From assembly GCF_009914755.1 (NCBI RefSeq), contig NC_060947.1: a DNA stretch of 64,000 bases; one strand, written 5' to 3'. This document shows positions 1 to 11,077 of the stretch, piece after piece. The stretch is from the human T2T-CHM13v2.0 reference genome, Homo sapiens. Position 1 is the stretch's first letter, and each line of letters opens with the position of its first letter. The position numbers were made by a program, and so were the translations under genes. Under the pieces are notes generated by a model. That model saw only the letters and a program-made list of their open reading frames with translations. It searched no databases and was not told where the DNA came from.

Positions 1-284
1 TTTTATTCATAAAGGTGTAAATAATGGCACAAAGTAGCATATAATTTATAGAGAAGTTGTTTAGGCAATATGCAATATAGAAATTAAAATAAAAAGTAGT
101 TTTATTTGGAAATAGGGAATACTTCGTGAAAGATTTATAAACTAACTTAATCTGGGCCCTAAAGAAAGGAGTATTGAGTCATTTTTCTGGCTACAGTTTT
201 AGTTAATAAACCATTGAATTAAAAAAAATGGTTTCACTGTGCTTTCCAAGATTGTCTCCAGATAAAGCACACTGAAAGGATATA

Positions 285-636
285 CAGACAATCCCTGACT
301 GAGGATGGTTCAACTTATTTTTTTTTTACTTGATGATGATGAAAATTCAATAGACATTCAGTAGAAACCATAATTCAGCAATTTTTTCTTAACTTTCAGT
401 ACAGCATTTGATAAATTACATGAGTTACTCAACACTTTATTTTAAAATAGCTTTGTGTTGGATGATTTTGCTCTACTATAGACTAATGTAAATGTTCTGA
501 GCATGTTTAAGGTAGGCTAAGCTAAGCTATGATGTTCACTAGATTAGGTGTGTTAAATGCAAGTTTGACTTACAGTATTTCCAACTTATGATGTATTTAT
601 CAAAATGTAACCCCATTATAAGTTGAGGAGTATCTG
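285..636 (-). mobile_element. Tigger-derived MITE (MER47A-like, TcMar-Tigger)
   Basis: Terminal inverted repeats CAGACAATCCCTGACT...AGTTGAGGAGTATCTG flanked by TA at 283-284 and 637-638; internal motif aaggtaggctaagctaagctatgatgttc typical of MER47. Confidence 0.75.
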
Positions 637-689
637 TAATTTGAGTGCTCGCTAAGTGAAAACGTGTCATTTTTCTTATAATTTTTGCT

Positions 690-790
690 ATACTGTGAGC
701 TCCTCATAGGTAAGAGTCCCCTCTAATTCATATTTGCATCCTCCTTCCATTCCAACTAGCACATAACAGGCACTCTGATGTAAAGCTAAG
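690..790 (+). mobile_element. L2 3'-end relic
   Basis: ctgtgagctcctc...tagcacataacaggcactc resembles the degraded L2 3' terminus. Confidence 0.4.
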
Positions 791-1024
791 ATACTATGAT
801 CAAAAAAATTAAATCATTGAATCATTTCCTATGTTCTTTCTTTTCTATAGAATGGCCTAACTTGGAATCTAGATCAGTTTTCCCCTTTAGTTTAATGTAA
901 TGAATATAGACAAAATGTTTAAATAATTTCATAACTTTGAACATACTTTGAACTTTCTGTTAAAGAATCTTCACATTTTATTCTGTGGCACTAATCAGGC
1001 ATCAGGAAAATAAAGACCTGGCAT

Positions 1025-1068
1025 TATATATACATATGTGTGTGTGTGTGTGCACACACGTGTGTGTA
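1025..1068. repeat. (TA)n/(TG)n microsatellite
   Basis: tatatatacatatgtgtgtgtgtgtgtgcacacacgtgtgtgta. Confidence 0.85.
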
Positions 1069-1132
1069 TCAACAACACAACTATAACCCTACATCCTCTT
1101 TTGAGGAGGATAGTAAACTCTAACTTAAGATT

Positions 1133-1332
1133 GGGAACATCACACACCGGGGCCTTTTGTGGGGTAGGGGGAGGTGGAAGGGATAACATTAGGAGATATA
1201 CCTAATGTAAATGACGAGTTAATGGGTGCAGCACACCAACATGGCACATGTATACATATGTAACAAACCTGCACGTTGTGCACATGTATCCTATAACTTA
1301 AAGTAAAATTATATATATATATATATATATAA
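1133..1332 (+). mobile_element. L1PA (L1PA4/5-like) 3' fragment, tail converted to (TA)n
   Basis: gggaacatcacacaccgggg...cctaatgtaaatgacgagttaatgggtgcagcacaccaacatggcacatg; short TSD AAGATT at 1127-1132 and 1333-1338. Confidence 0.9.
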
Positions 1333-2224
1333 AAGATTTACTCTTTGTCTAACTGTGCCGCATGCCCTCTAGCCACTATTTAACAATTCTCAATTTAATC
1401 AAACTTTAAGTTTCATCATCTAGGAAATTTCAGAATGTGTTCTGTAATGGTTTTGATTTGGTAGTTGAAAAAACAAAAATCATCCTCATTACCATTACCA
1501 CAGACTCGTGAAATCATAGCATCAGAATGGGCTACAAGAAGTTATCTAGGTTTCTAGGCAGCTCTGTGCCTCCTACTTTTGGCTTGTTGCAGAATCAATC
1601 AACATTTACCCGTGTTTTTTTTTGTAATAGATGTCTAGAAGTCCTGGTACTTGAGCTACTCAAAAGTCACTAACAGTTTGTAAAAATTTTTTACTAAAGC
1701 AAAATTTTCTAATAGGGAGCATTATCAAAATATACCCTTAAGATAGGTCAAAATCACAAGTGCTCTCAGTGTTACCCTGTAACATTGTAGGAGAGATCAC
1801 TAAAGTGAGCTGTGTTGTGATAAATAGACTGTATTGCCTTTCTTGGCTTCTGACCTTGATTGTTACAAAGTTTCTTCTATAACTCAAAAACAAAACTAAA
1901 TCCCAAGCTGACCAATATTGGTTTTTAACCCTGTGTTACAAATACATATAGATTCTCTGGTATGGTGGCAAAAAATAACCTGCATGAAGGAAACCATTAC
2001 CTACTTGAAGAATTTGAAGAATTAAGCCACCCTGTGAATTGTTTCCACCAAGTATACAGTTTTCATTTGGACATGTGAGTAGAGTGACAAAACAGAATTC
2101 TTTACAAGAGGGTACAGGTTCATCTGATTTGAGCTACGGAGGGATTTAAACGTTGTATCATGGTTACACCTTACTCTACCAGTGCAGTGCAGAAACAGTG
2201 AGAGTGGGCATTGATGCATAACAA

Positions 2225-2400
2225 AATTGGGTTTAATTTTAGCCAGTTACCAGTTGGGGGACTAAGGTCTTAATTATCTAGATTCTTGACTGGTAAATAA
2301 TAATAATGCCTATCTATAATGGATACTGAGTGCACAGTACATGACACATAACAGGCGTTGTGTAAAGAAGGGTGCTACTCATTGTATGTTCATCATCATC
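2225..2400 (+). mobile_element. MIR-like relic
   Basis: Degraded similarity to the MIR 3' half (aataataatgcctatct...cacagtacatgacacataacaggcg). Confidence 0.35.
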
Positions 2401-3050
2401 ACAGCAGGCAGTAAAATTGTGATACCAATCCTTATTTTTATTTTTGTGTAAGTGGTAATTTCAAAAGTGGCTGTGATTCCTTTTTCTAGTTTTTTTCTCC
2501 TTCTTATTACTCTCTAGGTGTAATCACATATCTAATAAAACCATATTGATTAACCATAAAAACACTGATTTAAAAGCCCTTTAATATTGGAAGAAATAAA
2601 AATAGCAAAGGCATACAACCTTCCAAGCTAAAATTCTGAGTTATAAATTCAAGTGATTCAAATTGACACAAACAAAATAAAACTTTCTAAATTGCTAAAA
2701 GTGGGGAAGATTTGAACATTAGCCTCAATTTTGGAAATCAAACAATTGGAAGCCTTGCAATAGGTAGTTTGACTTTTATAAGATCAACTGGATGCTTTTA
2801 GAATAAAAATTTTTTTTTATTTACTTTATTTGATAACCCAAATAAATGTTCATGAAATAGATGTGTTCTATATAGCAGTAGGTCATAGAGACATTGATCA
2901 GAGTGCAGGAAATAGGAAAAGATAGAGCATGGAACTGCATATTTATATATCCAAGGTAAATGAGAACATGATTATAAGTAATATCATTTTAGGATTTACA
3001 ATTCTTTTAGATTTAATATTGTATGACTAACTGTATTTTATTTTTGACAG

Positions 3051-3145
3051 ATAATAAGTCAATTACATCTCTTTTATTATCCTGGGAGGCCTCTGACTTT
3101 GGGATATAAAAAAAATAGAGGAAGTATTTTTTTTAAATAACCCTG
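3051..3145 (+). other. Candidate non-coding exon (95 bp)
   Basis: Branch-like GACTAAC at 3025-3031, T-rich tract ending gacAG at 3050, donor CTG|GTAAGT at 3146; stop codons in all three frames. Confidence 0.35.
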
Positions 3146-4331
3146 GTAAGTAGATACAAACCCTCTAACAATTTAGCTTCTCATATTTTCTATTTCCTGT
3201 CTGAGACAGAGAGAAGCAACTGTGCTGCATTATCAAAAAATTAAATGAAAAATTAAAACATCAGAGAGTGTAAATGTCTGCTTCCAGTGACACAACGCTT
3301 AGTCAATATCATTTGGCTTTGCTTAGGGAGCTTATGTTTTCCTGCACATTGTAATCATCTCCGCATTAAATTACATTTGAAATAGAAAGAGAACATATGA
3401 AGAAAATGCTTAAGAAAATGAGCTATGCATCTTGACATCTCTTTCTCAAGTTCTATTCAATTTGATCATTCATAAAATATATGCTATGCATTTTTATTCT
3501 TTGTCAACACCCACTCTCCACCTCCACCCCTACATCCACATCCAATTAATATTTTACTGTAATTCATAAAGAAAAAGCAGTGTTATGATTGATGAGAGTA
3601 AAAAGATTTTTAGTTACATTTAAAATAACACATAAATGCAAAAAGTAAATGAATGATTACTAAAATAAATGTATAATTTCCACAGGGAAATACATTAAAA
3701 AAAAAGTAGAGTTGTCAAGGTAAAACTTGAGTAAGAATTTTTAAACCAAAGGGGTACCTGAACAACATTCAGAAATATTGAAACAAAAGTTTCAATCTCC
3801 ATCTGAATTTTGATTACTAGTGGAACAACCAACTAATCCCCAAAAAGAGAAGAAGAATTGCTGAGGATTTGGAAGTGGATTGGATCTCTCTCATCTAGCT
3901 ATGTGTGTTACATCTCCTATTCCACAATGTTTTCATACAAAGGAGTTGGAGAAATATTTTATTACTTTGCACCCAGAGTCAACCTTTCTTATATGAGTAA
4001 GAACCAGCTTCATCCAAATAGTGAACATGATTTCCAATGTGATGTTCACTACTCTTTAGTAAAATGTACCCACATACATAAGCACCTCCCTTGAATTCCT
4101 GTTGAATCACTAAATCCTGAGATCAAGAAGTAAAAATTTCTTTTTTTTCTCTTAGTTTAGGAAGTTTTTCTGGGCAACTACCCGGCCCTACAGATGACTA
4201 CTGATTAACCAATGCTACTTATAAAATAAAAAATTAAGAGGCATTATAATTATTCATCTGTATGTTCAAAGAGAGGAAATGAAGTCTGTTTAATTCTACT
4301 CCAGCTGAACAAGAAGCTTTATTATGGCATT

Positions 4332-4402
4332 TCCTCCCTCCTTCTACTTTTCCCTACCTTCCTCCCTCCATTCCTTCCTTCTTTCTTTTCCTCCCTCCCC
4401 CC
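4332..4402. repeat. CT-rich low-complexity tract
   Basis: tcctccctccttctacttttccctaccttcctccctccattccttcctt. Confidence 0.8.
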
Positions 4403-4404
4403 TT

Positions 4405-4770
4405 ATTTTCATACCTATTTGAGTGCCTCCTTCATATCAGGCACTGTGACAGGAGAAGAAAAAACAAACAATGTAGGGCCAAAATAGGTAAAGTTCGTTT
4501 CATGTGGCTGACCATCTTCTTAGGAGAAATGACATTAATAAAATTACCAATTAATTATTAATCATTACTAATAAATATATAATTAGAACTGTAAAAATTG
4601 CAATGAAGTGGAGGAAAATGGTACTATGGCAACATAAAATAGAGATTTTACCTAGTCAAAAGCCAAAGGAAAGTTTTCACAATGGACTCTCACTTAAGAG
4701 CTAAAGGAGTAGTATGAGATAACTGAGTAAACAGGGAAAAACTATTGCAGTGGAATGCAAAATCAGTGAA
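4405..4770 (-). mobile_element. L2 relic
   Basis: tatttgagtgcctccttcatatcaggcactgtg is a reverse-strand L2 3' end motif. Confidence 0.5.
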
Positions 4771-5111
4771 AGAGAGAGCCTGACTAGAAGACCAAGGTAA
4801 AATAAACTGCTAAATATGATACCTAACTTATTGGAGAATATCTGGTAGAATATATACAGAGGGAGAAATATATTAAAGTCAAAACTGAATAGAAAACAGA
4901 TGTGAAACACAATGATTTAAAAATCAATTTAAAAAATCAATCTTAGCAATTATTTGTGCAATAATTTAACATTTGGATTTCATTGCTTTTGAATCATTTT
5001 GGTGATTATGCATGATTATTCAATAAGTACTGTCTAGACAGTGTGAACCATTTGCTTAATATTAAAAGTTAAATAGATATTCCTCACTTATCAACTAAAT
5101 GTTTCATTTCC

Positions 5112-5154
5112 ATACACACACATTCACACACACACACAAACACACACACACACA
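5112..5154. repeat. (CA)n microsatellite, interrupted
   Basis: catacacacacattcacacacacacacaaacacacacacacaca. Confidence 0.9.
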
Positions 5155-6045
5155 GATGTAAATATGTCAATATAGGAGATAAACAGTAGATTTTAATATT
5201 TCCCCATGGTACTATTTGTTAATTAATTATCTATCCAACATTCTTTGCTCTTATACTATTTCTACTGAAACTTTGGATAAGTAAACAAAACGTGTATTGT
5301 TAGCTTAAACTTTTCATGGTTGGCATGAAAAAATGCAGTTGTTTATAGGTTTTGAATAAAAAGTTAATTAATTGGAGTTAAAATATTTGATAGACTTCAA
5401 ATGTACAATTCCCTGTACAATTCAAAAACTTAAATAAAAATTTATAATTTGATTTTTAATCTCACTCTCCAACTGTCCTATTGAGAGTTTGGAAAAGCAT
5501 GTGCTACAAAAGCTAGAAAAGCCTCTGAGGACACTACCAATACTCCCTCTACAGGCCGATATGAAAAAGGACTGGAGAGTGGGATAGTCATCAGTATGCA
5601 CTACACTCTAGCTGGTTCTTTTCTTTGCATCCTCCTGGGCTTGGTAGTCATAACTCAAAGTTTTCATGTTATACAGCAACCTGAATATGAAAGAAATGTT
5701 CTTCTAAAGGTTTATAAGAATATTAACAATGACTAAAATCAGTCACACATATCCACAAAAATTTCTTTATACTGGGATGTCATAATGCTCAAGTCCATTT
5801 TTAGATTTGATTTATAAACACAGAAGTATATTTTACATCTATTTCATTGATTTATTCCTTTTGAAAACTCCATGTTAAGATTGTAGGTGGTTTCATATGG
5901 AAGCCCCACTGGATGGGTGTTAATCCCATTTTGATCTCGGATTTCTCATACTATAATGGAAATGGTATGTTAATCAAAGAAAACCAAAGTAATCTTTTAA
6001 TCCTGAGCATAATAACTAAAAGTATCCTTCTCCTTGAAACACTGT

Positions 6046-6411
6046 TGTATTAGTCTGTTCTCACACTGCTGATAAAGACATACCCGAGACTGGGCAACTT
6101 TCAAAAGGAAGAGGTTTAATAGACTTATAGTTCCACGTGGCTGGGGAGGCCTCACAATCATGGTGAAAGACAAGGAGGAACAAGTCATGTCTTACATGGA
6201 TGGCAGCAGGCAAAGAGGAAAGCTTATGCAGGGAACCTCCCTTTTTTTGAAACCATCAGATCTCATGAGACTTATTCTCTATCACAAGAACAGCATGGGA
6301 AAAATCCACTCCCATGATTCAACTACCTCCCACTGGGTTCCTCACTTTACACGTGGGAATTGTGGAAGTTACAATTCAAGATGAGATTTGGGACACAGCC
6401 AAACCATATCA
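6046..6411 (-). mobile_element. THE1B-like solo LTR (ERVL-MaLR)
   Basis: TGTATTAGTCTGTTCTCACACTGCTGATAAAGACATACC...CACAGCCAAACCATATCA is the reverse complement of a THE1 LTR. Confidence 0.92.
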
Positions 6412-7419
6412 TTGTTCACTGAAATATCATTATACAGCATATGACTGCATATAGATCCTTTTTTGAAGTTTACATTGGATAACAGATTAGGAAAACAATA
6501 CTAGCATATCAAAAAAAATACCCGCAGTTTAATTTCAAAAAGCTATTTAAACACACATGGCAATATAGATATACTTTGTTTTGGAATGTTTAATGATTCA
6601 GACAAAAGGAACATGTTCTTACCTAAACTCTCAAGTTAGAGAGATCTAGAGAACTAAAAGGTAAATTCTAGAAGTATTTAATACTTCTAGCAGTTTTTAT
6701 TTTATTGTACCAAATTTAAAAATATGTCTTTTTTTTTTCTTTGTTAGATGTCAAGCTCCTTGAGCACAAGGACCATACTATATTAGCCTTTGAACTTAGA
6801 GGTTCTTGGCAGTAAATTAGTTAATATCAAATTTTAACTCCACAACTTACCCCTACCTCATAAAGGATGATTGGTGCATTACTCTTTACTTTTAAAATTG
6901 TGTTTATTTTTAATTTTTGTCGGCACAAAGTAGGTAAATATATGTATAGGGTATATGAGATACTTTGATACAGGCATGCAATGCGTAATAATCACCTCAC
7001 AGTAAATGGGATCTTCATCCCTCGAGCGTTTATCCTTTATAGTATAAACAATGTAATTATACATTTTTACTAATTTTTAAATGTAAAAATAAATTATTAC
7101 TGACTGTAGTCCTCTTGTTGTGATATCAAATAGTAGGTCTTATTCACTCTTTCTAACTACTGTTTGCACCCATTAACCATTCCCTCTTTACCCCCACTCA
7201 CCCACAACCATTCCCAATCTCTGGTAACCATTCATCTACTCTCTATCTTCATGAGTTCAAATGTTTTAAGTTTTAGCTCCCACAAATAAGTGAGAACATG
7301 CAAAGTTTGTCTTTCTGTGTCTGGCTTACTTCACTTAACAAAATGACCTCAAGTTTCATCTATGTTTTTGCAAATGACAGGATATCATTTTTAATGGTTG
7401 AATAGTACTCCATTGTGTG

Positions 7420-9104
7420 GTGCCTGAGAGAGTTCCATAATAGAATAAAAATGATTTACATAGAATCTTGCTACCTGGGAATATAAGGAGGAGTTACTGA
7501 TAAGCAGGGGGCCTCTCTCCTAGGACTAATTCTAATTCTGTGAGGAGCTGCTAGTTTCTAAAATGTCTGATAGCTCTCACGAACTGCTTGGCTTGTGAAT
7601 GCCATTTCCAACGTAAACAAACATTTTGTTTAAAAGCCACTGCTCTATTTAAAGAAGCGTCAGGAAAATCTTTACTTTTAAGTTATTTGGGTAAAGTATT
7701 TTTTTTTGTAACGAATTACTTTTCTCTCTGAGTTCTCCAAATTTCAGATCGTGACTTTATGACAATATAGGTATTTGCATAAGTTCAATAAGAGTCTTTT
7801 AAAACAGAACAATTGAAAACACTGGTTATTTTACCAAGGCTTTAACTAAAATAGCATATTTTTAGGTAAAGTTCCATCACAGCCAACTTAAAACGAGCCT
7901 ATATGGCCAATCAATTCTTGCTGCATTTTATGCAAATAATCAGGCCAAGCATAATAAGCCTATAACATAGAAATGGGTCTTAATATAATTTCCCTTTAGT
8001 AGAAAAGAAAGGGGCTAAATAAATTGTTTCATAAGGAAAAGTGTAACCGTTGGTACAAGATTTCGACACTAACTTTGTTTCTTTATGTGCAGATTATATC
8101 ATGAATTATTTCTTGGCTACAATAATCCTTTAGAGTGTACCAGATTATAATTTTTCTTCATATTTTTAGTTGGCACCCTATTGAAATAGGTTCCTTTGTC
8201 TGTTCTAACACAAAAGTTAGTCTTATAATTGTCGAAGTATAAATGTTATTCATCTCTCTTTGTTTTACTTCCAAGGAAATCAAAATCACGGTATTCTGAA
8301 GACCAGATTTTATTCTCCCTCATTTGCCATCCCACTGGACGCAGATCTGTTTCCCTGTGAATATTCTGCTGCTAAAACTATACACACAGCCTCTCTCTAG
8401 GCCCGGGGACTGTCGTAGAAGAGGCAGGCACATGAGATTGTAAGGGCTGGTTTTGAGGTATAAAATTAGGTCATGGTCAAACCCTCCAAATCAAGAAGGG
8501 GTACAAAGATGCCTAAGCTGCCTGTAAAACAAATTTAGTTGCCTTTTAAACTATTATGTGTCACTTTTGCATCCACTCCAACCATAAAGAATTTTCTGCT
8601 TAGTATAGAATTAAAGGAAAATATTTACTAACAGGATAAAATACCTTGTAACAAAACCCACTGGGTATAAAACTCCTAGTTATAAGTTGTAAAGATAAAT
8701 CTATCTATCTACATATTAGTTATTTTTCAGAACAATGCTTATGTTTTGCATAGCAAATTGCTTTAAGTCTGTAACTAAAACAAAGTTTACACATAGCTCA
8801 ACACATAGAGGTTAAAAATAAGTCAGTCTGGTAATGTTGCCTTTCGGTTTTGTTTGCTGAGTTTTTTTCTTAAAATAATTTTAGGAGGTAATGAATGCCT
8901 GTCCACAACCTTTTATATCTGGCCTAGAACAATTAATTGATTATAAGTCTTTGACTCTTAAGGCCCTCAGCCATAGGGAGTCCTACCAAGGGACAGGATG
9001 GATGCAGGGCAGGCAGCCACGCCACCCAGGCAACACTATGGAACAAAATAAAGATTTGCTGGCCTTTGATGTTTCTCTGGCAAATCTTGGCCAGAGGGGG
9101 AAAA
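7420..9104 (+). mobile_element. MER4-group ERV1 internal sequence, 5'-truncated, non-autonomous
   Basis: MER4-int-like motifs (ttgctgcattttatgcaaataatcaggccaagc; ggttattttaccaaggcttt); ends in polypurine tract AGAGGGGGAAAA directly before the LTR. Confidence 0.75.
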
Positions 9105-9678
9105 TGTAAACCAAAAATAAAATTTTAAGGCCTCCCCAAACATTTGAATAAACTTCCTCCTGGGCCGGGGCTCTTAAATTTTAACCTGAAAGACTGTTTC
9201 AGGCCATGAAGGGAAGTGGGGGTCAGACATGCCTCATTATACCTCTCTGCCATTATACCTCTCTGCCATTAACATCAACAGCTCTGATAAAAAACCTTTT
9301 ACTAGCTATTCTTTCTGAAGCCTGCTACCTGGAGGCTTCACTTGCATGATAAAACTTTGGACTTCACAACCTCTTATTACAACACTGGCATTCCTCTCTA
9401 TTTATCCCAGGTCTTTAGACAAACTCAACCAATTATCAACCAGAAAATATTTAAATTTACCTATAGCCTAGAGGCCCCCACTTCGAATTGTCCCACCTTT
9501 CTGGAGCAAACAAATGTATTTCTCAAATATATTCGATTGATGTCTCATGCCTCCCTAAAATGTATAAAATCAAGTTGCACCCCAATGAGCTTGGGTACAT
9601 GTTCTCAGGACCTCCTGAGGGCTGTCTCATGGGTCATGGTTACTTACATTTGGCTCAGAATAAATGTCTTCAAATATT
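9105..9678 (+). mobile_element. MER4-family 3' LTR truncated at the poly(A) site
   Basis: Starts TGTAAACCAAAAATAAAATT; contains ttctcaggacctcctgagggctgt; AATAAA at 9659-9664, A-run at 9679-9686; no terminal CA. Confidence 0.85.
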
Positions 9679-10249
9679 AAAAAAAATAGTACTCCATTGT
9701 GTGTATGTACTGCATTTTCTTTATACATTCAGCTGTCGATGGGCTCATCAGTTGTTTCCAAATCTTAGCTATTGTGAACAGTGCTGCAACAAACATGGGA
9801 GTGCAGATATCCTTTTGATATACTGATTTCCCTTTTTTGGGGTATACACCCAGCAGTGAGATTCCCAGATCATACAGTAGTTGTGTTTTTTAGTTTATTG
9901 AGGAACCTCCAAACTGTTCTCCATATAGTTAGTACTAATTTACATGCCTAACAATAATGTCTGAGAGTTCCCTTTTCTCCACATACTCGCCAGCACTTGT
10001 TAATGCCTATTAGATAAAAGCTATTTTAACTGGGGTGAGATGATACCTCATTGTAGTTTTGATTTGCATTTCTCTGATGATCAATGATGTTGAGCACCTT
10101 TTCTTATGCCTGTTTGCCACTTGTATGTCTTCTTCTGACAAATGTCTATTCCAATCTTTTGCCCATTTTTAATTGAATTGTTAGATTTTTGTTCCATAGA
10201 ATTGCTTGAGATCCTTATATATTCTGGTTATTAATTCCTTGACAGATGG

Positions 10250-10610
10250 TGATATGATGTGGCTCTGCATCCCCACCCAAATCTCATCTTGAATTGTAAT
10301 CCTCAAGTGTTAAGGGAGGGACCTGGTAGGAGCTGATTGGATCATGGGGGTGGTTTACCCCATGCCGTTCTCGTGATAGTGAGGGAGTTCTCACAAGATC
10401 TTATGGTTTAAAAGTGTCAGTTTCCCCTGCACTCTCTCTCCTGCCATCATGTGAGACATGCCTTACTTCCTCTTTGCCTTCCATCATGATTATAAGTTTC
10501 CTGAGGCCTCTCCAGACACGCTGAACTGTAAGTCAATTAAACATCTTTTGTTTATGAATTACCCAGTCTCAGGTAGTATCTTTATAGCCCTGTGAAAACA
10601 GACTAATACA
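10250..10610 (+). mobile_element. MSTA-like solo LTR (ERVL-MaLR)
   Basis: TGATATG...GACTAATACA; 5-bp TSD gatgg/gatga. Confidence 0.9.
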
Positions 10611-10894
10611 GATGAGTAGTTTGGAAATATTTTCTCCTATTCAATAGGCTGCCTCTTCACTTTGTTGATTGATTCCTTTGCTGTACAGAAGCTTTTTAAA
10701 TTGAAGTGATCCCATTTATCCATTTTTGCTTGATTGTCTCTGCCTCTGGGGTATTACTCAAGAAATTTTTGCCCAGACTAATGTCCTAGAGAGGTTTAAC
10801 AATTTTTAATAGCAATTTTATAGTTTTACATCTTAGATTTAAATCATTAATATATATTTATTTGATTTTTGTATGTGTTGAGAAAGAGGCTCTA

Positions 10895-10898
<4 letters not shown>

Positions 10899-10928
<30 letters not shown>
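10899..10928. repeat. (TG)n microsatellite
   Basis: About 15 TG units inside the L1MA. Confidence 0.9.
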
Positions 10929-10931
<3 letters not shown>

Positions 10932-11077
10932 ACATAAGAATATCCAGTTTTCCCCGTAACTTTTATCAAAGAGACTATGTTTTCCTCAGTGTATGTTCTT
11001 GGTACCTTTGTGGAAAGTGAGTTCACTATAGATATGTGGATTTGTTTCTGTGTTATTTATTCTCTTCTATTGGTCAA

